Of a stretch of 64,000 bases of DNA, positions 12,171 to 25,179 are shown piece after piece. Source of the stretch: Camelus ferus (Eukaryota); the NCBI RefSeq assembly GCF_009834535.1, contig NC_045707.1, positions 64,482,001 through 64,546,000 on the forward strand. Direction: 5' to 3'. The position numbers and the translations under genes were made by a program. Within the stretch, counting starts at the first letter, position 1, and each line of letters opens with the position of its first letter. The notes under the pieces were generated by a model that was not told the origin of the DNA, made no database searches, and saw only the letters and a list, made by a program, of their open reading frames with translations.

Positions 12171-15100
12171 GACAGGTCAGGGTTTTCTTCTTTGTTCAGA
12201 GGCATAAACAGAGAAACTTCTGCTTTCATTCTGGGGAATCACTTGACAATCCAACTACTGGCCAAAAAGGGGGGGCTCCTCTCCACGAATGAAGTTAGAG
12301 ACCCCAGGTAGTGATGAGCACGTGTTCAAGTGAAAAATAGGTGAGTGGTCTCCTCCTGCCAGGTGGGTCCTGAAGGAAGCTGGGTTCATTGGTGGCTGTT
12401 GGGAGTTGAGACTGGATTTCTTTGAGGGGCTTGGAGGACCTCTGTTTGGCCTTCCAACCCCTAATGGGGCTACCGGGCGTGGGCCTGACTCTTACTGGGG
12501 TCGATCAGATGACAGACCAGGCTGCCTTATAACATCGAGAGGTAACTAACATTTAGAAACTTGACACCCCCCGCCCAGGCAAAATAATTCAACTGTCCTT
12601 TAACTATAAATAGCTAAAAGCCAATCACATACTTAACAATTTAAACGTAATGCTGGTGCCTAAATTCAAGTACTACATTTTAATCAATTTTCTCAAATTG
12701 ATTTATATCTAGGGCTCACAGGCTTCAACTACGTTAGTGGACTGTCTGGTAACGAAAGAAAGAAAATCATATTACAGTGGTATTTCTTTTATGGGGGAGG
12801 CAGCCCAGGCCCCAGAGAAAAGGAGTTGACTCGGGAATCTCTTTAGAAGGCAGAGTCCCAGTAAATTTAAATTCAGATGGAATTTGAAATCTTAGAATTT
12901 TAATGTTTAATTTTTTTCCTGTATGTTTATATATTTGGAACAGCAATAAAAATATTCAGTTGCTTTTGGATAATAACTATTTACATTATTTACTACCGCG
13001 AAGTGGCTTAGCATTTGCATTTGGAAAGAGCATTTTAATCTCTCTTAAAGTTAAAAACTTAAATCATTTGTATGTTAAATAATAGAAATGACCAAATGGG
13101 TTTAGAATTCAGATGGAAATATATCTCCAACGGTTGTATTGGTAACTTTGAAGTTGTGACACTGTTCTTGCCATGGAAATTTATATTTTATCATAGTCAT
13201 TATGATCTCACCTAATAGAGACTAATAGGGAGGGAAGAAGATGTGCACTTCTAGCATCTGTCCAGGAGGAAGGAGGTAATAAATATTCTCTTACTATAGG
13301 AAGTCAGATTTATTTTATTTTCTCTGAAATAAAATTCTTATTTTGTCTAGAATCTTTTCTTTTTCTCCAGTTGCGCTCATATATAAAGACTGGCACATAT
13401 TAGGTCCTCAAATACATATTTTTTGTACTGCATCACTGTTTGACAGGGAAATAGAAATACATGCTTGCTCTGTGGGATCAATTCAGCTTTTCACAGGCAA
13501 GCAGAGAACGGAGGCAAATTATTCAAATGTTTGACGTAATGAACCGGATGATGGCAGTTTTAAACTAATGATCTCAACTCACATCTACATTTTAGTTAGA
13601 GAGTTTAGATTTCTGTTTCAAATGCACAGTTTTACCTCCTGGAAAGTTGCCATTTTGAGTGATTTTAAAGCTTGAGTTCCTGTTTCACTGCCATTTACCA
13701 TTTCAGCCTGAGGAACCTAGACTTTCATACTGTTTCCACAGTTACAGGCTTCAAGTTAATCGTGGCCCTGGGAATTGAGTTCTCAAGTGTGTAGACAACC
13801 CCCTTGACTCTCGGTTCCCAGCGTAGACTGTTGGCTCCAAATCCTGCCCATGGGAATCCAGGGTTGTGCCCGCCTGCTCCCCCTGCCTGACAAACACTGC
13901 GGGAGCCAGAAGTCCGGTGGTTCCTCAGCAATGCTTGCAGGAAACCAAGGAGCCCATCTTTGGCTTTGCAAATGAAGGGGAATAAACAGCTTCCAATACA
14001 GCATCTCCTATCTACTGGTACTTTTCACAGCCTTGTAGAACTGAAAGGAAGCTATTGGATAAAAGAAAGCCTCGGTTTCTCAAACCAAGCGAACTGAGTT
14101 TTTCTAATCTCTTGGGGTTTCCATAAAGCATGTTTCTGTAAAACAAAAAGCATGCTTAAAAGTACAATGCTGTCTTTCTCATTACTACCACTCATTTTCA
14201 TATGCCACTCATCCTTCAAGGCTGAGCTCAAGTCTTACTTTCTGCATTAAGGTATCTTTTTATATATTGGAAACATTTCTAGACTATAGAAAAATACAGG
14301 AAATAATATACCAAACAATTGTGAACCATTAGATGGTTTTCATTAAATAAGAAAAATATTACTGATGGTGTTGATGTAGCTTTTCTACTGACCCTCAACA
14401 TACATCTCGTTCCCCCTCCCCTGAAGCCAGTTGTACCTGATAGTTGGGGTGTTGAGTACAGCTTTCCAATGGTTCTTCCCTTTACTGGATCTCAGTTTTT
14501 TTTTGCAAGGAGTCCAGTTCCAGCTCCCTAACATGACAAACCTCTATGGCCACTGGCCCTACGCAACCATTAAAAGGTCCTAAGATGCGTAAGTAGTCTG
14601 AAGCTTCAGCTGGGTTTACCATTTTGAATGGGAACCACTACTCTTCTTTGACCTCCCCAACTCCCTCTGATTCCTGCAGCAATGAGCATTTGGTCCAGTT
14701 TCCAGTCACCTATTTTGTACTCAATTTTATTTATAGAGGATGTGTTATTTCCTAACAAAACTATAAATTCTTGAAGCAGTATCATCCTTTTACAGCAAAC
14801 TAGGAGAAGGTCTTCAAAGAGTTCTTACATTTTAGTAGTTTACACCTATAAGCCAGTCTCTGTATCAGGGAAGTTTGTACATAGAAGTGTGCCTCACTTT
14901 ACAGAACAGATCATGTTGCAGCCATCCAATAGTTCCTGATAACCGACTCTGGTCAAGTTGGTGAATTAAGCATTATAAAATAATAAAGAGATGCATAAAG
15001 GTTTGGTTTCCCCACCTTGCGAAGGATCTGTCTCAAGTGATTATGATGCATTTTTGAAAATACATAGTTAACTAGTTCATGTTCTAAGTATAATGACAAC

Positions 15101-15787
15101 ATCCTTAAATTAAGGATGTAGTGTTCATTTTGTTTGTATTTTAGGAATTTTTAAACATTTGATTGCCTTTTTTCCAAAACAACCTAAAAAATTAAGTGTT
15201 TGCCCAAGCAACTGAATAAGAATTGTTAACCGTAGACTCCATCATCAGCACCGTTGGCCTCTTTACCAGAGTTTGGAAATGTATTATTGCACCTCATTCG
15301 TTTGCCTTACACTGGCAGCAAGTCACTGTATAGAGAAACTGCCAAGCCTGGTGTTATGGAACTTACACAGCATCTTCCTCTCTGACTGTGTGTGAACACA
15401 AATTAAATATGTCCTCCGGCTTGGGTTACTGAAATATACTTGGCCACATATTACACTCTGTCATCTGGTCTTAAACTAAAGTGAAGAAAAACCAACATGC
15501 ACTTCAGTGAAATTCTTTATGAATTGATCATTCGTATATGTTCTTGATTATAATGAGACAAGTTCCATAGTTATACAATGTACCATCTTCTTCCCTAACA
15601 CCATTTAAAATTTCACGTACAATGTCCCGATAATTTTATCTCCATTAAACATTCAGTAAAGCACTGGGAGTGTCAATTTCTCAAAAGTCACAGAAATTGT
15701 TGTGGTCAGTCATCCATTATTAGGAAATGAATATCCTAAATCAAAGATTTACTATACTTTGATTTTTTTTTTTTTTTTATCTTCCAG

Positions 15788-15901
15788 ACCCTGCAAATGG
15801 ATGTAAACCAGCTGAACATAACCTTGCTCCGGATATTCCGCCAAGGAGTGGCGGCTGCTTTAGGACTCTTACCCCAGCAAGTGCACATCAATCGCCTCAT
15901 T
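15788..15901 (+). CDS. PTPRR: PTPRR coding exon (equivalent to human exon 3), extracellular region, phase 0-0, 114 nt
   Basis: Long polypyrimidine tract plus ttccag acceptor and gtaaga donor. Translates TLQMDVNQLNITLLRIFRQGVAAALGLLPQQVHINRLI, matching the recalled human PTPRR TLQMDVNKLNITLLRIFRQGVAAALGLLPQQVHINRLI. Not in the ORF track. Confidence 0.97.
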
Positions 15902-16001
15902 GTAAGATGCCTGCATTTCACATTCCCACAGCACAAGCCTTGATTTTTATTGAAGGGCTCAATAATAAAGAACAGTAATAGAGAACACCCATGTTATCGT
16001 T

Positions 16002-16210
16002 TTATGGCCCATGAGCCACATCTGGCGTACCACCTGCTTTGGTAAAGAAAGCTTTATTGGAACAAGCCACACCCATTTGTTTACATATAGTCTGTGGCTC
16101 CTTTCATGCTACCACGGCAGAGTTGAGTAGCTGCATCAGATTGTTTCGCTAAATTGAAAGCTAAAATATTTGCTGTCTGGCCCAATAGAGAAAAAGTCCG
16201 TCAACCTTCT
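16002..16210 (+). mobile_element. MER58A (hAT-Charlie) DNA transposon
   Basis: tatggcccatgagccacatctggc...aaagctttattggaacaagccacacccatttgtttacatat...aaaatatttgctgtctggccc. Confidence 0.85.
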
Positions 16211-16913
16211 TATAGTTCAAGACTAGGCATCCTGATAAGTAGGAATAGAGAGGCCCAATATACTTGTCTCACCAACCTGCCACTACTCCCAAAATATTCT
16301 CCCTGAGAGGGAAGACTTCCATTTTAGTTCAGGTGCTGTCTCCAGACAGCATCTTTTAAAACCGCTTCCAGCATATCAGGACGAAGGATGGTGGATGCAC
16401 AGGCAGAGGATACTGAAAAAAGAAGAAAGGAGAACCAGTCCTTAAGACTGCAGCCCAAATGGAATGCAAGCATAGTGCTGAAAGGTCGATGGGTATCTGT
16501 GGTGGGCGTGGGGTAAACCCACAGGATATTTTGTATAAGGCCCACCTTTAACTGTTTGTCAATCACCCACATCCTTTCTCTTCCCGCTTTCCTCAGTGTT
16601 TGAGGACCTTGATGTCATCCAAGCACAGGGAATTCAAGTAAGGATTTCACATTCTCCTTGCCTTAAATTCTTATGCTCTCCTGCTTGGGCTCAGCTTTCT
16701 ACTGCATCCAACCTGCATTTCCAGCTACGGAGAAGGATTTGCTGTTTAATTTTGGTTTAGAGTTTCTGTTCCTTTTCATTTTCCTGTATGTGGAAGGTGA
16801 ATTGTTTCCATCCCCATAATAACTTTTATTCTGTGAGCCACCTGTTTTCTGGGACTAAATAAGCTTAAGAAAACAGAGTTTTAAACTCAGTAGCATAGAA
16901 GAAGAAAAACAGT

Positions 16914-17070
16914 GGGGAGGGTAGAACTCAGTGGGAGAGCGCCAGCTTAGCATGCACAAGGTCCTGGGTTCAATCCGCAGTACTTCCGTTTAAAAATAAA
17001 TAATAAATAAATAAACAAACCTAATTACCTCCCCCCCAAAAGGAAGTTAAAAAAAAAAAAAGAAAAAAAG
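16914..17070 (+). mobile_element. tRNA-derived SINE, camelid Vic-1 type
   Basis: ggggagggtagaactcagtgggagagcgccagcttagcatgcacaaggtcctgggttcaatccgcagtac (A box, B box GGTTCAATCC), then (AAAT)n, cctaattacctcccccc and an A tail. TSD-like aagaaaaacag / aagaaaatcag. Confidence 0.85.
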
Positions 17071-17382
17071 AAAATCAGCATTTCCCAATATCCTGGGAGT
17101 GAAATTGATTTTTTATATCCAGCACGTATCTTGCTCAAGTGAGAAGACATAGGTCTTGTCGATGTCTTAGATCTAGATTTAGACTTTTTATATATACTCA
17201 GGTATCTTAGATGCACTTTTATGTGTATAGATTTAATGAGCATAATAGCTCTTTGAAGGGATAACAGAGGGATTTGCCACGCCCAGGAAGAGGTATGCAT
17301 ATCCTCGGAGAATGTTAGCATTTACGCGCGTCTACTTCTAAGAATAATTATTATACTAGTTTAAGTTATAAAGATACATGGG

Positions 17383-17632
17383 ACAGCAGAGTATGGTGAT
17401 TAAGAGCATGTGCTTTGGAGACAGACACAGAACTATGGTCCATTTCCAGCTTGACTGTGTCGCAGCTGTGTGACCTAAGGCAAGCTGCTTACGGTCCTTC
17501 AGTTACAAAATGAAATAGCTCTAATTCCTCTGCCCTGGAGGTATTTCGAGCATTAAATGAGATAACAGATTCAAGGTACATGGGAGCAGGACAAGCATAG
17601 AATAACTGCTCTAGCCTCACTATTGTTGTTAT
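17383..17632 (+). mobile_element. MIR SINE
   Basis: ggtgattaagagcatgtgctttggagacagac...agctgtgtgacctaaggcaag...attaaatgagataa. Confidence 0.85.
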
Positions 17633-18585
17633 TAGGTCATAAACTATTTAAATGATTATGAACACCTTCCACATCAATATGTGATGTTTAGTCGTTGTTG
17701 GTTGTTCGCTGCAAACACGGAAACGTTTTTTTCTGGACTGTTAGAAGTACACTCCTAGAACGGTGCTCTGTCCTATACTTGGCTGAATTTCTGATAAAAA
17801 GTTGCATTGCATTAAGAGAAACTGTTTCTAGCAGGAGAGAATTCCATGTATCAAAGAAAAAAAAAGACTAATAATTCCCTTTTATAAGTGTTTTGTGTAA
17901 ATTGTAAAAGATGGACAGTTGCGATCTATCCATGGCAGTGTCATTTTTGTGTGGTGTTTGTTTTGTTGTGTGTATGTGGTATCAGCCATTTACGGTAAGA
18001 AAGTCTGTCTCCGTTTCAGCTAAGGACGGAATACTAATAGGAAAGTAACATGATCTCATTGCATGACATGTGCATTCCGACCAAAGACTAGATCTTAGAA
18101 GTGTGGCATATCTGCGGTGAAAAACAGGATCAGGGAAGCAACTTCAAAGCTAGCATCACCTTCCTTAGTCCAGCCTTCACTTTAATTCAATTTACTAGAA
18201 AAATAGTGGGGTGGTGATGTCTAATCATTGTCTTGTTCTATCAGCACATCTTGTTTTATTTAATTCGTTTGATTTAAAAATGCTTCTTTAAACACAATTA
18301 CTCAGGGAACATCTGAACACTATCTTTCAAAAATTACAACACAGAATGCAAAATAAATCAGCATCCAGTGAAATATGAAATTACAAACCTTGAGGTGTCA
18401 ACTAACTGGATGAAGGCCATTTGAAAGTTTCAGGCTTTGGGCTGGTAATGTGCAGTGCACCGGAGAATACCTAATACATGTGATCTCCAAGATGACTTTT
18501 AGGATTCTAAAGCTCTGATTCTCTTTAATGTTTCCAAGTTGTTGGAAATGTCTCTTAACATATACAAATCATCTGCTTTTACTAG

Positions 18586-18741
18586 GGAAAGAAGAACAGC
18601 GTGGAGCTATTTGTGTCTCCCATAAATAGAAAAGCAGGAATTTCTGACGCCCTGCCATCTGAGGAAGTGCTGCGTTCACTTAATATCAATGTTTTGCATC
18701 AAAGTTTGTCCCAATTTGGAATTACAGAAGTCTCCCCTGAG
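18586..18741 (+). CDS. PTPRR: PTPRR coding exon (human exon 4 equivalent), extracellular region, phase 0-0, 156 nt
   Basis: ttttactag acceptor, GAG/gtacgt donor. Translates GKKNSVELFVSPINRKAGISDALPSEEVLRSLNINVLHQSLSQFGITEVSPE, continuing the previous exon in frame. Confidence 0.97.
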
Positions 18742-19484
18742 GTACGTTGACTATTTCGTTTAAAAATGTGCACAGTTAGCATGACATGACCCAATTCTAG
18801 GAGGCTTTGAGATGAAAGCTGTTTGTTGTGTGTTATTTAATAATATAGAAATCTCCCTAAGGGTTAAAATTCTCTGATTTCACACTGTATATGTTTATTC
18901 CTGAAGGAAGGTCATTTTCACATCAAAATCTCACTTTTCTACACTTTCTTCTCCAAATCCTTATGGTCTTATGATTTATTTTGACCTACCCAGTAAATTG
19001 TCTAGAAGAAAAGCCACTTAGATATATTCGTCAATTGATGGCTTGAACCTGAGGTGCCCAAAACCACATCCTCAAATCTTTCTTCCTCTACAGGTTTACT
19101 CCTTATTACCTTTGTTGTCAAACTGATCACCAGATATTCACCTTTTCCCACAACCTTGGGATTCATTTGCAATGAGATTTTTTATTTTGCTAAGGAACCC
19201 AGTCTTAAGGACTATGAGTATTTTCTAAATTGGACACTTTTCATATTTCCCCTGCCACCTCCACCATTCTCATCCCTGAATGAATTCAGTCTCTTTTTGA
19301 CTTCACCTCCTCTGTTCCACTCTAACAAACTTGCCAGGATGATCATCACCCCAAACATATGTAAATAAATTCACAGAACCTTGAGGAAGCATATGTGAAC
19401 ATTTTAAAGATATAGAAAGTACATGGCCCATAGAAATTTAGTGATTTCATTAAGGTGACAAAGCAAGGCAGGTTATAAGCAACA

Positions 19485-19814
19485 TTTTTTTTTCCTTTTT
19501 CAGTTTTATTAGGTAGAATTATTACAGTTCAACTGCACACACACATTATATTTCATATAAATACATAAATACAGTATACTGCACCTTTTTAAATTTACAT
19601 ATTACTGTTTAATTCACATGTACTAATTATTGTTTCTAAGAACAGATTAGAGCTTTAGCTTTTGAAACTTACATAATTATCAAAGGAATAAAGCCAACCA
19701 CAAAATAAGAATCAACAGAATGTGGTAATCCAATCATAAAGGGTAGTCAAATGTGCTTACACATACTCAAGAAATCAATCATCTAAGTTGTAAATAATAA
19801 GTAGTTCATTTGTA
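19485..19814 (-). mobile_element. Unassigned polyadenylated retroposed element, copy 2
   Basis: Left T-run. AATAAA on the - strand (tttatt at 19505-19510). Long blocks identical to copy 1, e.g. attgtttctaagaacagattagagctttagcttttgaaacttacataattatcaaagg. Confidence 0.8.
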
Positions 19815-19889
19815 AAATCTAGACATCTTATTCCTGGTCAGTTTCCCTTCGCAGTAAAGCTCATTGTCTCTCGTGACAGCAGATGTCAC

Positions 19890-20045
19890 GGGTGTGGTGT
19901 AGAAAGCTGTGTCACAAGACTGAGTTGGAGTCCCAAAGCCAGCACTTAAAATGTGTGTGACCTTGGGTGATTTAATCTCTGTGAGATTGTCTGTCTTTAC
20001 GTAGTATCAGCCTCTCAGAGCCTTGGTTTCTTTATATCCTAAATG
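19890..20045 (+). mobile_element. MIR fragment
   Basis: tgtggtgtagaaag...agactgagttggagtccc...tgtgtgaccttgggtgatttaatctctgtg. Confidence 0.65.
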
Positions 20046-20050
20046 AGTAC

Positions 20051-20150
20051 AGAAAAAAAGGAAGGAAGGAAGGAAGGAGGGAGCGTGGGAGGGAGAGAGA
20101 CAAGACAAGAAGAAGAAAAGAAAAAAGAAAGAAAAAGAAAGAGAAGAAAT
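20051..20150 (+). repeat. Purine-rich (GGAA)n/(GAAA)n compound microsatellite
   Basis: Direct inspection. Confidence 0.9.
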
Positions 20151-20399
20151 TGGGTATAGTCCTTATCTTATAAACTTGAAATATGATAAAAATTCTAAAA
20201 ATACGTGGAAATCATCACATAGAGTAGGCACTGAACAAATATCATTTGAACGCAGGCTGGACTGGCAGAATTAAAATGCATTTCATCACTGAACCAAGAC
20301 CGTAACAATCTCCACCTGGTCTTCCTGCATTTAGTGTTGGCTCCCCTCCCTGCCCTCCCTGCCCCCGACCCCAACACACACACGCGCGCGCACACACGA

Positions 20400-20925
20400 T
20401 ATTTTCTTTCTTGCCACCAGAGTAATCTCTAAAAGCAAATCCAGCCACGCCCTCCTAATGTCATGACTCTTCTTTGGCTTCCTAAATGCTACAGAATCAT
20501 GTCTGATTTCTTAACAAGACATATGGTTCTTTGCGGGCTGAGCTGCATCACCATTGAGCAACACTCTCTTAGTTTATGCCTCAGCCATTCCAACCTTAAT
20601 AGGGACCAGGACATCCCACACCATCTCTCCCCTCCACGCCTGTGTGTATGTCGCTCCATCTACACACCTTTCACGTCTCAAGATGAGTCTACGGTACAGC
20701 GGAGCCTTCCCCTGTGCCTCCACAGCGTGGGTGCCTGCTCTGCATTCTCATTGAGCTCAGGACAGTAACGCCTTATCCCGTGTGGGTCTTCAAGTCCATC
20801 TCTGTGCTGTAGTTCCTGGAGAGCACATGCCATTTCATCATCTTACCTGTGTCCTCCGTGCCTTCACTCAGGGCCTGGCATACAGTGGGTGTACACGTAA
20901 CCAAGCACAGTGCTAGGTGGTGTCC
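20400..20925 (+). mobile_element. L2 LINE 3' fragment
   Basis: gccaccagagtaatctctaaaagcaaatc...cctcagccattcc...gggcctggcatacagtgggtg. Confidence 0.7.
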
Positions 20926-23900
20926 AAAATCAGAAAAATAAATAAGAAAACAAATACACAAATAAATTAAAAAATGAGTTTTGCTTTTCAAGAGTTCTAA
21001 TAGGGCCACAAGATACAAGCAGATAAGGAGAGTACAGGACTAAGATAACATAACCACACTGTCCATGGGAGTTTTGAGAAACAAGAGACCACTTCATGCT
21101 TCAGAGAGGCCAGGAGAAGTGGTCACCATGAGCTTAAACAGCCAGACCCTCTCCATCCCGACCTGCATGTGACTCCCTTTCGTACATCAAACCCAACTCT
21201 ATTCTGGACTCTTCCCAGACTGGCTTACACACATCATGCCCTGGACAATTCTTTTTTAAAATTTAAAAAGGCCATTAGATCAATTTATTCTGCTTCCCCA
21301 TAATAATATAAGCATTCCTTCCTGTTACTTTATTCTGAGTTTAAATGCCATTCCAAAGGCTTTAGGAACATGGCAGCTTGGTGAGTTATTCACATTTGTC
21401 AACCCAGAGAGGAACAGCATACCAAAAAATTAGTTAAAGTCAAAGTATTTTGGGATCTTCCAACACACCTCAGCCTGGTGAAGGCGAGGAGCTTAGCCTG
21501 AATGCCTGTCACAGAATTAGTAGCTCTCAGTTGACCACAGGTCTATACTGCATTTAGTAATAAAAGCATATTTGCTGATCAAAGTGTGATATGTTTTTAT
21601 AAAATAGTGGGAATCTAGGAAATCTAGACTCTAGGAACCACTGTGTTATCAGAGACTGGGAAGTGTTTTGATTGGATACAAGGCGCATTGGAGCCATGGC
21701 TGATGGCTTGTGTGAGCCTTTCGTTCCGGTACTTCTAGAAAGGGCCCGGCATTGCCCTCTGACCGGAGGCTCCAGATGCAGACAGAAGATGGCTGTCTGC
21801 TGTGTGCAAGGGCCTTCCCGGGGAGCTTCAGACACGTGCAACCAAGAGGCACAGCAAAGGCATTTGTTGACAGTGGTTTAAGCTGATGATAACAGTATTC
21901 TGTGAGTTTTCCCCATTTCTTTACTCATCTTAGTGGTTGATGTGTGAAAACAGTTTATGCCTCAGCTCATTCTTTCACATTTTTTATCCCCAAGTTATAT
22001 CTCTGATATGGTAACATGTTTATTACCAGGAAAAAAAAATGAATATTGGTGTTTTGGGTTTTCATTCTTCACGTGGATTACAGAACACTGTGAATGCTGT
22101 CTCAAAGCCTCTCTTCCTACACTCATATAAAATACTTTCAGGGAAGGGCGTGACTTTTGTTGTTGCCATTTCTTTATTTGCTTGATTTTGTTTAAATCAG
22201 AAACAATTCTTGGGAAACAAAGACAAATAGAATTTCCTTTTGCTTAATCATCTATTTTTATTTCACTTTTAAGTTTCCCGAGAGACAAAGACATTATTTC
22301 TTTCATATATTTTATATGGTACTGAGAATGTTGTAGGACCTCAAGTATCATTTTATTATAAGATGCTCATAAAGATTAAAAACCAGACTTCCTCTTGCCT
22401 AATAAGCCAAATCTCAGGGAAACAAACTTAAATTCATTATTTTAGTTTCGATTTTTAAATGTTTTTACAAAATTCATTAAATGTCTGTTGAAACAACACA
22501 TTCTGTGTTGATATTGAAAAAGAAATGATTTGGGATTTTGTTGTTGTTGTTTGATTGCAAATTACCCCAGTTTCACAGGTCTTATATTTCAAAGGAGGAA
22601 GTTACCGTCTTTAAATAACAGGCCAGTGTTCTGACTAAGCCTTTCATGGGATGTTTACCAAGAGAAAAAAAGGTATACCAGATAAATGTAACCCATAATT
22701 CACGAGTTTGGTGATTGTTCCTTTAAACATTAGCCAGCACTCTAAAGAATCCTACAGTCCTGACCATACAGTACCAAGAGGGAATACACTCAGTGTTAAC
22801 ATGTATCAGATCATTCAGACCAACTGTTTACCTTGTGCATAACACAGCAGAAGTTTGGCATTTATCTAACAAAACTCTGTTATGGTAGGATGCATCTCAT
22901 TTATCTGCCTAAGTAAATTAATTAACTAACTAATTTATTTCCACTTTATTTTTATTCTGTGTGCTTCATTTCTCTAAAGAGATGTAGCTCGTAATGTCTC
23001 TGTATTATCTCTCCTAGCATTTGGGATCTCTCTCAGCATTTGGGGTCAGAACTGGTTTAAAAAAAAAACAAACAAGAAAACTATGGTACATCAAATAGTG
23101 AAATAGGATGTAGAGAAGCCACTGTTAGCAATACAAGAAACTGCCCAAACGTTAAATAATAAAACAAAACACGTTAAATGATAAAACAAAACCAAACCCA
23201 GCAACTTCTTTCACTGCAACAAAGTTAAAGGGAAAGTGGTGTGGTTATGAAATAAGAAGTAAAGATGATACAGTGACGTTGGTTTGACCCGGCCACAGAG
23301 CCTCTGAACTATTGAACCCACAGTCCCCTGTCAAAATCTAAAAGGCATCATGTTAGCCTCATATAAAGGTTAGATGGGAGATTCTTGTGAATTGTAATCT
23401 TATGATTTGTGGGATCTTAACTACGAACTTTTCCATTTATTACCCTGCCCTTATCAAGGGATTTAGATCTCTGCACAATTATAGTTGTGCTCAGTAGGAA
23501 TAGCATGACTCAGAAGGAAATCTATTTACCAAGAAAGTGCAGTGACTAAGTTCTGGAGTTCAAAACATGTATCTTTCTAACTGGGGGTGGTGTAATGGCC
23601 GGGGGGGCGGGGGGGGGAGGTTAATTCTTCCATCATTACTACTTTGGTTAAAAGAGAAAACAAAATAGATTTGTCTTAAGCAGAAAGGAACGTGTTGACA
23701 CTCTAGGAGGTGCAGAACGATAGCGGGAGGAAAATAAAGAAAAAGAAAGAAAGAAAGAAACCAAATCAGGTTAGGAACACAAAATCTCTTTCCACCCACC
23801 TAACCACTCCTTTTTATCCAAATTTTACATGAACTAAAGCTCAATCTTCATACTTAAACTTGACAAGTTTATGCTGCCTACTTGAAGGCTTAAGTGGTCT

Positions 23901-25179
23901 GCTTTAATAGCAAACAATAAGTGTTATTTAGTTGATTGCAGAGAAACTCATTTCCATGTTTATACTTGATTTCTACAAGAGTTTTCTCTTCTGTTAGTTT
24001 CCAGCTATGTTTACAGAGATGCTGGAATAAAATCTGATCTGGCTAAAGTCAGTGATAAAAGACAGGTTATCACTGGAGCCCGAGACTGCCTTTTCAGCAG
24101 GACATGTTGGTTTCTAATCATTTCATCAAGCAAGCATTTTCAGATTCTCCATCAACTTACTATTTACATATTTAAAAAAATACATAAATCATTTCTTGCG
24201 TCTCTAAATTTGTCTGTCTTAAAAAGGCAAGATATTACTGTGAGCATATCAATATTTTATGAGCAAAGGAAATGGAAACTTCAAGCAATAGGAATCTCCC
24301 CCAAATAGTTACTGTAACCACAATCGAACTCAAAGATCCTTTCTCTTCTGTTTTATTTAGCCCCCACCAAGACTCATTTGAGTTTCAGGATATAAGTTTT
24401 TATAAAAATATTTTTCAAGGCAAATGTTTCTTTTTGTCTGATTTACAAATGGTGAAAGTATTTTCTTTTTTAAAAAGTCTTGAAAAATAATTAATAATGA
24501 TTTCAAAATTCAGACACCTACAAGATCAGACTTGTTAAAGTCTTTTTTTTTTTTGAGACAACCACTATTTATTTCCCGTGAATCTGTCAGTTGACAAGGA
24601 TCAGCTGAGTGGTTCTTCTTTTCCACATAAACTAGACTGAGGTCATCCCAGTGGTTACATTAATCTTGGACTTCATTTGGTGTTAGAATGCCCAAGATGA
24701 CCTCTCATTTTCCAGAGCTGCGCTCCAGTGTGACTTTTCACCGTTCACTAGCTCATTGTTCAAAACTTTCTGAAATCTGTAAATTTCACTGAGTTATAAA
24801 ACGTAATTGCAGTTTAAGACGTGATTTTAGTACGTGTGCTTTTTTCAAAAGAATGGATAAAATAAAACTCTCATTCACATTTTATCCATGCTTTTTCTCT
24901 ACCCTTCCACCCCTCCAATAGTAAGCTAAGCAAATAAACAAACAAATAAGTAAAAATGAAACTGTTTATTTTACCTTTTATCACCAAAGAATTCTAGACG
25001 TTTGGTGTTCCCTGTTCCCTGTTGCTTTAAATAAAATATGAAATCCTGACAATTTATGTGGTTGGGGTGGTACATTCATCAGGTTGTGACAAACTAGACT
25101 GCATTTAAAAAAAAAAAAGGATTTCATAAAAGAAAGAAAAGAAGGAAATGATGGCGACATTGTTATTCTGTTTACTTAT

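Noticed and set aside
16914..16990. tRNA gene
   Set aside because: The tRNA-like head is followed by an AT-rich tail and poly(A) with a TSD-like flank and has a diverged second copy at 36585-36693. It is a SINE.
23149..23192. 22-bp tandem duplication (similar small ones near 7597-7655 and 43389-43418)
   Set aside because: Ordinary slippage duplications in AT-rich intron, with no further structure.
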